IMG/VR virus record: IMGVR_UViG_3300037067_008306
Span: 977 to 64,976 of that record
Strand: one strand, 5' to 3'
Length of the DNA: 64,000 nucleotides
From: a virus
Taxonomy: Duplodnaviria > Caudoviricetes
Numbering within the stretch: the stretch's first letter is position 1; each line of letters starts with the position of its first letter. The position numbers and the translations under genes are program-made. Shown one piece after another: positions 19,174 to 28,089 of this stretch. The notes beneath the pieces were generated by a model. That model saw only the letters and a list, made by a program, of their open reading frames with translations. It did no database searches and had not been told where the DNA came from.

Positions 19174-21672
19174 TCATATTTTTATTTCCTCCATTTCTGC
19201 CCAGTTCCCATTCACATCAGAAATTTTTGCATCTATATTCATAGGCACGATAATCCATTTCCAATGCTCCAGTAAATCTATTGTACTGATTTTCCGGATA
19301 ATAGGAAATAGCTTTTTCTTTTCTTCCGGGACAAGATCAAATATCTGTGAGTCATGTATCTGTCCCAGGATAGTAGTATCAAAATTATTTTCAGGTAAAT
19401 ATTTTTGTAATTGAATTAAGCTCCATAGCAGGCAATGAAATGCCGGGCCCTGAATAGGATAATTGGCAACTTGTTTCCTGTCTAAATGCCCTGAAATCTT
19501 AAATCCGGTTACTGTATATATTACTCCGTCTTTTTGAAACTTTTTCCAGATGTCTTTTTTCCATTGATTGTAAACCCGGAAACGCTTATTCCAAAAATCA
19601 TCTTCCACTTCCTGAACATGTCTTTCCCATTTAGAATACTTACTAAAAGGGATTGAGCCTTCAGGAGAATTTTTCCAGAGTGCTTCAGCTGTCATTACAT
19701 AATAGGAACCATAGAACTCAGCAAAAACAAAATTGTTTTTAGCGGCATATCTTTCATCTTTGCTGACTTCCTTTTTTATAAATAATTGCTTCGCTACATC
19801 CCGATGCATATCGGAAGTTGGGTCATTTATATATTTAATCATTACAGGGTCTTTATGGACACAGGCTGATACGCGTACTTCCATTCCGGAATAGTCCACT
19901 TCCAGTAGTTGCCGACCGGGGGAAGGCTTTATTCCTGACCGGGTATACTTCTGTGCTTCCTCGTCATGCACCGGGACATTCTGGAAGTTCGGCCCATCTG
20001 AACTCGATCTATAAGACTTGACCAGATTCAGATTGAAAGAAGGATTCATTTTCCCATTAAAAGAATTTCTTAAAAAGCCTGTCAGGTAAGTTCCTTTTAT
20101 TTTATCCAGTTTTTTAAATTGTAAAATCTTATCTGTAAAGGGGGTTGCTATTTTCTTTAATACTTCCTGATCTGTAGATTCATTATCCCCGCCTTTTGTT
20201 TTCTTGATGGAATTATATCCCAGGTCAATAAATAATAATTGTCTCAATTGATTGGAGCTATTAAAATTAAATTCCCCTTTCCAGTTTTCTAATTCTTTAC
20301 TAGCAAGAATTTTTTTAGTGAGAAGGTTTTGTTTTTTAGTAATATCTTCAATTGTTCTTTCATAATACTTAGTATCAATACAAATTCCCTTTTGCTCAAT
20401 ACTGGAGAAGGCTTGCTGTCCTTCCATAAATAAATTAAATCCTTTTATGTTTCCTTTTTCCAGGCCCTGATCTAAAAATAATCTGTAGGAAAATATAGTA
20501 TCCATTCCGCAATATTCTAACATTGAATCAAGTGGAACTTCCTCCATCCGGTTAAATCCATAAGAGTCATCGCCAACTAATTCAATAAAGTTTTCTACTT
20601 CTTTATTATAACTAGATACTCCGTAATGAACATAGGTCTGAAATTTTAATCCTGTTATTCCGGTCTGAAGGTCTTCACAATGGGCAGCAATCATTGTATC
20701 CCAAATCCAACCTTCAATATTACAATTTAAAATTACTGAACTCCATATATTTTCAAATTTGATATTATGCCCGATCTTTTTAATTTTGGGATTCTTCAGG
20801 AACTTTTTTAATGACAACATAAAACTTTTGTCTTCATAGAAGATTGGGAAAGCTGTCGCGCTTTCTATTCCAGTAGACACTGCCATACATAATATCTTAT
20901 GCCCTGGGGCTTGGGGCTTCTTTCCGGTAGTCTCAAAGTCAATAGCCATAGGAGTCAAAGAAGTTTTCAATGAATCTAAAAATATAGAAGCTTCTAATGG
21001 CTTTGTTAATTTAACAACATTTGTTTTTATTTTCGGAAATTCTTTGTTCCAGTCAAACGCTTCTCTCAATGCTTTAATAAAAATCTTTCTTAATACAATA
21101 TCATCTTTATTATAGTTCAGATATTGGGGGTGATTATTAGGGAATATCCAACATCCCAAATCCTGATCCGGGATCTTCCACCCTACCCACTTTTCAATTC
21201 CTTTGAGGTCTTCCTTTTCACCTATGAGGGATTGAAGAGGGGTCTTGCCAAGTGTAATTATCTTTTCGGGTTTTAATTCCTGAATAGTTTTGAATAGGTT
21301 AGGTCGGCAGTAATTGATCTGCTGATTTGTGGGGGTTTTATTTCTCCCCCTGTCATCTATTGATCGGCATATTATCGCGTTAGTAGCAAAGCAATCTCTC
21401 CTGAAATCAATTCCTATTTCATCGAGACATTCCCAAAGAGTACCTCCAGCTTCAGCTTCTCTTACAAACTGCATTCCCTTTTCATCTTCTTTCCGGCCGG
21501 GAGCTTCCCCGATAATAAGAATATTCTTTTTCCCCCTTCCAGTCACTTTCATTTTTGGGGTTCGACATTTCTTGTACAATCCGCAAGCCTCACAGGGATT
21601 AGAAAATTCCTGAACTTTCTTTTTGCTGGTAGATTTCCGGGGCTTTTCTTTTTCTACAAAGAAACCTTTCAT
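19174..21672 (-). CDS. polA: family A DNA polymerase with N-terminal family-4 uracil-DNA glycosylase-like domain and 3'-5' exonuclease
   Basis: UDG4: CEACGLYKKC, GEAPG, NAIICR, HPQY; exo: DFETTG, HNIKFE, YCGMD; pol: DYSGMEVR, RYAAKNNFVFAEFYG, NYPIQG, QIHDS. Confidence 0.95.
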   Translation of the reverse strand: MKGFFVEKEKPRKSTSKKKVQEFSNPCEACGLYKKCRTPKMKVTGRGKKNILIIGEAPGRKEDEKGMQFVREAEAGGTLWECLDEIGIDFRRDCFATNAIICRSIDDRGRNKTPTNQQINYCRPNLFKTIQELKPEKIITLGKTPLQSLIGEKEDLKGIEKWVGWKIPDQDLGCWIFPNNHPQYLNYNKDDIVLRKIFIKALREAFDWNKEFPKIKTNVVKLTKPLEASIFLDSLKTSLTPMAIDFETTGKKPQAPGHKILCMAVSTGIESATAFPIFYEDKSFMLSLKKFLKNPKIKKIGHNIKFENIWSSVILNCNIEGWIWDTMIAAHCEDLQTGITGLKFQTYVHYGVSSYNKEVENFIELVGDDSYGFNRMEEVPLDSMLEYCGMDTIFSYRLFLDQGLEKGNIKGFNLFMEGQQAFSSIEQKGICIDTKYYERTIEDITKKQNLLTKKILASKELENWKGEFNFNSSNQLRQLLFIDLGYNSIKKTKGGDNESTDQEVLKKIATPFTDKILQFKKLDKIKGTYLTGFLRNSFNGKMNPSFNLNLVKSYRSSSDGPNFQNVPVHDEEAQKYTRSGIKPSPGRQLLEVDYSGMEVRVSACVHKDPVMIKYINDPTSDMHRDVAKQLFIKKEVSKDERYAAKNNFVFAEFYGSYYVMTAEALWKNSPEGSIPFSKYSKWERHVQEVEDDFWNKRFRVYNQWKKDIWKKFQKDGVIYTVTGFKISGHLDRKQVANYPIQGPAFHCLLWSLIQLQKYLPENNFDTTILGQIHDSQIFDLVPEEKKKLFPIIRKISTIDLLEHWKWIIVPMNIDAKISDVNGNWAEMEEIKI

Positions 21673-21740
21673 TTTATTATCTTTCCTCCGGATTTTTTAA
21701 ATAATTCTCTTTTATGTCTTTTCTTAAATTCTTCAATACG
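21667..21740. repeat. 74-nt direct repeat, copy 1 (3' end of MTase + RBS + start of polA)
   Basis: 71/74 identical to 24961-25034. Confidence 0.95.
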
Positions 21741-22382
21741 CTTACAAGCTGCATTATAATAATCCTTATCCAACTCACACCCGACATATTCAAAGCCCTC
21801 TTCTATACAGGCTATAAGGCTTGAGCCACTGCCGACATGACTGTCAAATATCTTGTCGCCTTTCTTGGCGTAGTTTATTAAAAGCCAGCGGTAAAGGGCA
21901 ACGGGTTTTTGAGTGGGATGAATCTTAGTCTTGCCTTCATGTGAATTTAAATAATCAAATCCTATCCATCCATATTTAAAATATTTCAATACCTTATTAA
22001 ATGAAGTCCATATTAACTCACCATCTGAAAAAGTAGGCCCTTGTGTTTGATGTTCTTTTTTATGCCAAAAAATCCATCCTTTAGATAAAGGTAAATTAAA
22101 ATAATTTCCACCACATATTATTTGATTTATTGAAATTCTGAATAATTCATCAAAATAAATTTTATCTGGAATTTTATAATCCCAATTTTTTTTATCATAT
22201 AATTTTTTATTTTTATCAAATCCTCTTTTCGTTCCACCCCTACCACATATTGAAAAATGACCATCAAATCCTATCCCATACGGCGGATCGACAATCGCAA
22301 GCTTAAAATATTTATCTGGTACGGTCTTCATGTATTCCATGCAATCACAATTTAGGAATTGATGGATTGGATTGGTTTTCAT
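21669..22382 (-). CDS. beta-class N6-adenine/N4-cytosine DNA methyltransferase
   Basis: motif IV DPPY, HPTQKP, motif I DSHVGSGS. Confidence 0.9.
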   Translation of the reverse strand: MKTNPIHQFLNCDCMEYMKTVPDKYFKLAIVDPPYGIGFDGHFSICGRGGTKRGFDKNKKLYDKKNWDYKIPDKIYFDELFRISINQIICGGNYFNLPLSKGWIFWHKKEHQTQGPTFSDGELIWTSFNKVLKYFKYGWIGFDYLNSHEGKTKIHPTQKPVALYRWLLINYAKKGDKIFDSHVGSGSSLIACIEEGFEYVGCELDKDYYNAACKRIEEFKKRHKRELFKKSGGKIIK

Positions 22383-23380
22383 TTCTCCTCTTCTAATAGC
22401 ATCATCAAATGAGAAAAGTTTTTCATTGTAAAAATTATTTTTCTTCCGTCAGTAAAAACTTCAGAAGACAGTTTTAATATTTCCATAAAGAAATAAGGAT
22501 TTATTAGAAAGGAAATATTTTTGTCTGTATCAATTTTAATATTGCTTTCAATCCATCCTGTTTCATTCTCGGCCCGGCATTTCATTATTCCTTTATTGAT
22601 AGAAACTTTTATTTTTTTATCCAGTAAAAAATCCCCCTCAGCCAGTACCGACACCAGCGATATGGTTTTGCTGAGCTCTTCCGGAAGTGTAAATTTATCT
22701 TTCTTTTTCGTCTCGAAAAATGAAGACACGTCTGGATATTCTTTACAATCCATAATCCGGCAATGTATTATAGATTTATCTTCATTCCGGAAATGAACCA
22801 TATTTTCTTCTAAGAAATAATAATTGGTTTTTTGATTAGATAATATTACAGCTGAAGGAAGTGGCAAAAGAAAATTTTTCATACTTTCTTTCATGTCATA
22901 TAGACTGATACGGAAATTGTCCGTAGATTGTATCGTATTTCCGTCTATATATACTGCATTAAACTGTTCCATTGTTATATCTTTAGACGCGGAAAAGATA
23001 CAAAGTTTTACCCCCTTGTTAAAATGATCCGGAGCCTTTTCCCACTTGGCTTTCATCTTGAGAGCTTTTATCATTTCTTCATTCCATTCATAGCTGCTTA
23101 TCTGTGCTTGCACCCCGGAAGTTTTTATCAATAAGGAATTTTCCTTGGAATGGAAAATAACTTTTTCTGATTCTATTCCGTTTATTATTTTTAAGGTTTC
23201 CTCAGATGGCACCATAATTTGTATTCCGGATTCAAAAGGAATCTCCAGGGAATAATTTTTATTGATAACAATTATTCTATCATTATCAAAAATAAAACTC
23301 TTGTAAATCTCTTCTGCGTCCCGGCTGGATGTATGTTTATATGCTGAATTTAAAACTTCTTTTAATTTAGCTGTTTCCAT
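22379..23380 (-). CDS. dnaN: DNA polymerase III beta sliding clamp-like protein
   Basis: 333 aa three-domain size, STDNFRIS, EYPDV, FLINPYFFMEIL resemble DnaN; clamp loader is nearby. Confidence 0.75.
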   Translation of the reverse strand: METAKLKEVLNSAYKHTSSRDAEEIYKSFIFDNDRIIVINKNYSLEIPFESGIQIMVPSEETLKIINGIESEKVIFHSKENSLLIKTSGVQAQISSYEWNEEMIKALKMKAKWEKAPDHFNKGVKLCIFSASKDITMEQFNAVYIDGNTIQSTDNFRISLYDMKESMKNFLLPLPSAVILSNQKTNYYFLEENMVHFRNEDKSIIHCRIMDCKEYPDVSSFFETKKKDKFTLPEELSKTISLVSVLAEGDFLLDKKIKVSINKGIMKCRAENETGWIESNIKIDTDKNISFLINPYFFMEILKLSSEVFTDGRKIIFTMKNFSHLMMLLEEEK

Positions 23381-23388
23381 ATTGTCTC

Positions 23389-24108
23389 CTATAATGTTGT
23401 ATATATATTATAAACCATTTCTGGATTAAGTCTCATTTTAAATTTGTATAAATCCGGATTGTCTAAGCTCCCCCCGTCATTTACTTTCTTTCCGGAATTT
23501 AATATTTCCGGATCGGTGTAAAATCTATATCTCATATATTCACTCAGGAAAGGGATGTTCTGACAAAAACAATATCGATAATTTATGAACATATAATTTT
23601 CATCCCATATATTAACCCCATAGATATTATCATTGTCAAATAAAAATCTTTTATTCTTTCCGTCTGTTACATATTTCAGAATTACATCGTCATCATGTAT
23701 TACTTCATCTGCTTTTCTATTATTTAGCCAACATGACAAGGCTTCTAATCCCCCCTGAGCCCCGAAAAGCTCTTCATAAAATAAATTTTTATTTACGGGA
23801 AATTTTTTTATATTCTTTCTAAACACAGTCCACTTTCCCCCGGATAAATTTAAAAAGGCTTTAGGGTCATAAATGAAATTATGATCCAGAAATTTTTCTT
23901 GACTCCTTTCTTTAAAAGGAAGGGATGCCCAATAAGGAATAACTGGAAGAATGGGAAGAGAGGGCAACATATTTATTCCTTCAGAATCCTGAATTCTTAT
24001 TATTCCCAAATCGTCTTCTATTTCTTCCCATCCAGCCTTTTCAAAATATTCTTCACTACACCAGAAGTTGGGAACAATTTTATTTTTTTCTAACAGTTGT
24101 AGATACAT
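23389..24108 (-). CDS. DUF2156-like GNAT-fold protein (MprF C-terminal, aminoacyl-tRNA-dependent transferase superfamily)
   Basis: NFIYDPKAFLNLSGGKWTVFRKNIKKF and VNDGGSLDNPDLYKFKMRLNP resemble the DUF2156 DY.Y..L.G....RN.I..F and IN...G..GL...K..Y.P motifs; no membrane domain. Confidence 0.6.
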   Translation of the reverse strand: MYLQLLEKNKIVPNFWCSEEYFEKAGWEEIEDDLGIIRIQDSEGINMLPSLPILPVIPYWASLPFKERSQEKFLDHNFIYDPKAFLNLSGGKWTVFRKNIKKFPVNKNLFYEELFGAQGGLEALSCWLNNRKADEVIHDDDVILKYVTDGKNKRFLFDNDNIYGVNIWDENYMFINYRYCFCQNIPFLSEYMRYRFYTDPEILNSGKKVNDGGSLDNPDLYKFKMRLNPEMVYNIYTTL

Positions 24109-24241
24109 TTTCTTTTATCAACCCCAGATTACTTGAATTAGAAGTCTTACTTTTGTTAATACATTTCTCTCCCTGCTGCGCTTTAATTCTTTGTATTAAA
24201 GCCTTGCTCACTCCCCCAGTCTTTCTGCTTTTCCCCCCCAT
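24080..24241 (-). CDS. 53-aa basic peptide MGGKSRKTGGVSKALIQRIK... (not in the ORF track)
   Basis: hand translation; TAATG overlap with the upstream stop and GGAGG SD 8 nt upstream. Confidence 0.6.
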   Translation of the reverse strand: MGGKSRKTGGVSKALIQRIKAQQGEKCINKSKTSNSSNLGLIKENVSTTVRKK

Positions 24242-24966
24242 TATTTTTCCTCCGTTAAATAGTTAATCGTGCCCAGGTCATCATACAAGCACGTGGCAAT
24301 AAATCCGGTCATGTTCATTTTATCTCCCTGAAAATAAACAAAGCCCTTATCAGATATTTGGAAATCAATTTTCTGAACGAAAGTAAACAGCCCCAGAAAG
24401 TCCCCTGTGCGTAGTCCTATGGCAGACGTGTTCTTGATTATCTTATCCGAGTGAAGTTGAAAGATCCCTTTGGATTCTTTCTTTTTCACATTGATAAGGG
24501 TTCCTGTAAATATGTCGCGCTGTACCAGTTCAAATTCCCCTTTCTGCATTATTATTTCTACATGAGACAAATTCTCATCCAGGACTTCCTTCACTGAAGA
24601 AGTGATAGTCACCTGATTACACTTGTCCAGACTGGCTTTCATTTTCTTATACAATAGATTCATCTTTTTAAAAGACATATCTGGAGTGCGGCAGCTTTTC
24701 TTTCTTTCATATTCTTCATTCCCGGAAATGAATATGATCTTTCCATTCTGTTCCTCAAACTGACTGGACTCATAATCATTAGCATAAAAAGAATAATCTC
24801 CGGGAAAAAGATTTTCCTTTATTTTAAAATGGATTAAGATAGTAGAATCAGCATTGACTATTATTACCTGATCCCCACTACAACATATTATATTTTTAGA
24901 TCGGCTATTCTGTTCCAGTGCTACTGCTAAGGCAAATAAATTTTCTACATAAGATTTGATTTTCAT
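24241..24966 (-). CDS. hypothetical protein (possibly degenerate clamp-like beta fold)
   Basis: 241 aa, translationally coupled to the MTase; no recognised catalytic motif. Confidence 0.55.
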   Translation of the reverse strand: MKIKSYVENLFALAVALEQNSRSKNIICCSGDQVIIVNADSTILIHFKIKENLFPGDYSFYANDYESSQFEEQNGKIIFISGNEEYERKKSCRTPDMSFKKMNLLYKKMKASLDKCNQVTITSSVKEVLDENLSHVEIIMQKGEFELVQRDIFTGTLINVKKKESKGIFQLHSDKIIKNTSAIGLRTGDFLGLFTFVQKIDFQISDKGFVYFQGDKMNMTGFIATCLYDDLGTINYLTEEK

Positions 24967-25034
24967 TTTATTATCTTTCCTCCGGATTTTTTAAATAATT
25001 CTCTTTTATGCCTTTTCTTAAATTCCTGAATACG
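24961..25034. repeat. 74-nt direct repeat, copy 2
   Basis: 71/74 identical to 21667-21740. Confidence 0.95.
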
Positions 25035-25649
25035 TTTATCTGCCTCTTGATAATAATATTTATCCGTTTCAAAAGCAATATAATCATATCCTTCCTCGAT
25101 GCATGCACAAATTAAAGATCCGCTTCCCATATGAGTATCTAAAATCAATTGCCCCGGTCGGGCATACTTTTGCAGACACCATTTATATAACGCTATGGGT
25201 TTTTGTGTAGGATGAATTTTTATTTCTTTCTCTTTTAAATTTTCTTGAAGAAAACCATTCCATAAATATCGAAATATTCGTACATGGTTTTCCAAACCAC
25301 AAAAAGCTATTTCTGCATCAGAAAAAGAACTGGTAGAATTTTTTTTGTCCCATATAATTCTCCCGGGTCCTATATATTTTATATGAAAATAATTTATTCC
25401 CCATATAATTTGATTAGCACTGACTTTTAATAATTCATTAAAATAATTTTGTTTTGGAACTTCCCATTTTTCTATGGACGAATAATCTATATATTTTTTA
25501 GAATTACCCCCTTTATAATAATTTTTTTTATTAGGTCCTGAAAAGAATGGGGGATCTACTATTGCTAATACTTCTCTATTTAATTCAGGAATAAAAGGCA
25601 TTCCCTTCATACAATCTATATTATATATAGTATTGATTTTTAATTTCAA
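24963..25649 (-). CDS. second beta-class N6-adenine/N4-cytosine DNA methyltransferase (TTG start)
   Basis: DPPF, HPTQKP, DTHMGSGS. Confidence 0.9.
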   Translation of the reverse strand: MKLKINTIYNIDCMKGMPFIPELNREVLAIVDPPFFSGPNKKNYYKGGNSKKYIDYSSIEKWEVPKQNYFNELLKVSANQIIWGINYFHIKYIGPGRIIWDKKNSTSSFSDAEIAFCGLENHVRIFRYLWNGFLQENLKEKEIKIHPTQKPIALYKWCLQKYARPGQLILDTHMGSGSLICACIEEGYDYIAFETDKYYYQEADKRIQEFKKRHKRELFKKSGGKIIK

Positions 25650-27040
25650 TTTAAAATTCCTTCCACAAGTTCTTTTCGGAAATCTGTTTCTCTATAAGTC
25701 CATACAATCCCGTCTTGATCATTTCCATAGGCTTCAATTCCTTGAGCCCAATTTAGGAACCATGCAGCATCCCCCCGGAGATTCCATAATTGCTTTACAT
25801 CAGCTTTTATATCCTCAGAAAGAAATCCTCCTTTCTTAGTTACCCATTTTTCAAAATCCCCCCATGTGGTGGGTTTTCCCTTTCTGCTTACGATAAACCG
25901 GATTGCGCTTGTTCCGCAGCCGTAATTAAAACCACCTTGAAACCAATCTCCCACACTGCAGCATATATCATCAGCATTAACAGGAACATTCCCCGCGTCA
26001 AACGTACTGCAATGAATTCCTTTCTCTTCAAAATATTCCATCATCTTTCCGAGCATGAAAGAAGATATGGCCTGAGCTTCACTGCTTAAAGAAAACATTC
26101 TTCTGAAATCAATATCAGCCTGAGAGAAGGAAGAATCAATTGAAGAACTATTTGCTGAATAGGAATATGTGTCCCATGTTATATGCTTCACCCCGGCTTC
26201 TTTCATCTTCCCAATATAATGATCCACCTTATCTTTTTCATCATTTATAAAAATCATAAAGGGTTCAATCCGGGCAATAGCTCTTATTCCGGCCCCAGTA
26301 ATATTTTTCAAAGCCTTCCACCGTCTATCGAAAGACGGTGCCCCAGGCTCAATTCTTTTTAACAATTCATTATCAGAAGAAATAAGGGTGATGTGAACTG
26401 CACTCCGGGCCTTGTTAGAAGATAATGCTTTCAAATAAATATCTTCCCCCACCAGGTCAGACTTTGTATTGATCATTACTGGATAAGAATATTCAGATAA
26501 ATATTTTAACAGTTGTAATGATATACCTTCCTTTTTTTCTATTGGGGCAAAATCCTCAAACCGGATTCCCAGCCTCATAGGTATTTCCATGCGTACAGCA
26601 TTGAGCACCTTGTCTGTTAATACTTCTTTCTTTCCCCGGTATTTCATAACTCGGTCTAGTTCCTTTTTATATGATTCTACATTACAGTGACGAAATTTTA
26701 TTTGATTTGGATTATCAAAAAAACTTGTGTACAAACTATATTTAAAATAATCCGCATAACAATACCGGCACTGAAAGGGGCAATGTAACCCATCCCATAC
26801 ATCTATGTTCAGGGGCATGGGACAGCTCTGCGCCCGAAGAGATACTTCCAGAAAGCTTTTTATTTCAGAAGTATCTAACAACCTTTCGATCTTCTTAAAT
26901 TCCTTATCCTGAAGATGGAATTGTTGATAATTTTTCTTTCTCCCCTTTTCCTTCATTTTATTCTTTTCTGAAGGTTTGTAAAACTTAGAAACACGGGGAA
27001 GCAGTTTTTTTAATTCTTTTCGGTAATCCCAATAGTTCAT
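25646..27040 (-). CDS. radical SAM enzyme, spore photoproduct lyase-like
   Basis: CPMPLNID..., CPFQCRYC cluster motif, MINTKS, EPGAPS...R, ARIEP. Confidence 0.85.
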   Translation of the reverse strand: MNYWDYRKELKKLLPRVSKFYKPSEKNKMKEKGRKKNYQQFHLQDKEFKKIERLLDTSEIKSFLEVSLRAQSCPMPLNIDVWDGLHCPFQCRYCYADYFKYSLYTSFFDNPNQIKFRHCNVESYKKELDRVMKYRGKKEVLTDKVLNAVRMEIPMRLGIRFEDFAPIEKKEGISLQLLKYLSEYSYPVMINTKSDLVGEDIYLKALSSNKARSAVHITLISSDNELLKRIEPGAPSFDRRWKALKNITGAGIRAIARIEPFMIFINDEKDKVDHYIGKMKEAGVKHITWDTYSYSANSSSIDSSFSQADIDFRRMFSLSSEAQAISSFMLGKMMEYFEEKGIHCSTFDAGNVPVNADDICCSVGDWFQGGFNYGCGTSAIRFIVSRKGKPTTWGDFEKWVTKKGGFLSEDIKADVKQLWNLRGDAAWFLNWAQGIEAYGNDQDGIVWTYRETDFRKELVEGILN

Positions 27041-28089
27041 TTGAATAGTCCTTTTTCTTTTATATCCTTCAATGAATACATTCCCGGCTTTTTTCCCTCA
27101 AACAATTTCTTTCCCTCTTCATAATCCCCGATTCCATCCCATGATTTTTCTAAAATAGAATATGAAAATCCAGTTTTTTTCATTATCTTTTTCCAGTACA
27201 CCACGTTGAAGGTAGTAGGCTTCTTTACATTCACCCCGCAGCATGTGTTAGAGTCTTCCTGATAAGAACCGGAGTTGACGAAATCCGGGCAGCCTAATCG
27301 GATATTATATTTTTTAGCAATAGCAATGAGCTGGGGTAATATTTTTTTCCATTGAGCATCCTGATTCATAAACCATATTTTTTCAATGTCCAATCCAATA
27401 TGATGAAGATTCTTTGCCACCCAATCATTTAGATGAAGATTGTATGTATTGTAACTTTTTATTTTACAAGTTTTTAAAAGTTTTATTATATCTTCAAAAT
27501 CCTTTACGGTGTGAAATCCGGGAATGAATGGCTCCCCATTTACCCCGACATTCAAATTTTTTCTTTGTAAATGAACAGCGTGTTTCAATCGCATCATGGG
27601 GGGAGTGGTTGCCCCTTTCTCTAATACTTCCCAGTCCCGATCTAAGCCAGGAGAAATTACTGGCATTATATTTGCTTTCATAGATAAGAGAATATCTTCA
27701 TCTGCCATTAAATTTTCCGTGAATCTAGTCTGAATAATTACATCCCAATGATACTTTTTAAGAATTTGAAGGGCTTTTCTTGTAACTCTCTTAGTTTTTT
27801 CCACAGTCTGATATGGGTCTGTCTTGTTCCCCACCCGGATTGTGTTCCTATTATGTATAGCAGTGGAGATAGATGCCCTGGGAGATGTATTTTTAATACC
27901 ATTTTCCAGCTTTTTTCGGAAAAGTTCAATATCAAGTGGTTTTAAATCATTTCCCCACACGTGGTTGAGCCTTCGGAAATAACAATGATAGCAATATGTT
28001 AAACAGTTACCATATGTATCTAAAGTAAAGGAAAGAGGACAATATAAACTATCTCCCCGGATTCCCAATCCATTTTTTAATTCTTTCAT
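27037..28089 (-). CDS. radical SAM enzyme, spore photoproduct lyase-like (second paralog)
   Basis: CPLSFTLDTYGNCLTYCYHC, GNKTDPYQ, EKGATTP..R, NGEPFIPG. Confidence 0.85.
   Translation of the reverse strand: MKELKNGLGIRGDSLYCPLSFTLDTYGNCLTYCYHCYFRRLNHVWGNDLKPLDIELFRKKLENGIKNTSPRASISTAIHNRNTIRVGNKTDPYQTVEKTKRVTRKALQILKKYHWDVIIQTRFTENLMADEDILLSMKANIMPVISPGLDRDWEVLEKGATTPPMMRLKHAVHLQRKNLNVGVNGEPFIPGFHTVKDFEDIIKLLKTCKIKSYNTYNLHLNDWVAKNLHHIGLDIEKIWFMNQDAQWKKILPQLIAIAKKYNIRLGCPDFVNSGSYQEDSNTCCGVNVKKPTTFNVVYWKKIMKKTGFSYSILEKSWDGIGDYEEGKKLFEGKKPGMYSLKDIKEKGLFK

Noticed and set aside
19174-21672. Intein or intron in polA (also checked terL and dnaB)
   Set aside because: Lengths and motif spacing are normal; no intein termini or interruptions were seen.
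25646-28089. Radical SAM pair as true spore photoproduct lyases
   Set aside because: The similarity is at superfamily level only; the context (PLP enzyme, MTases, polymerase) points elsewhere.
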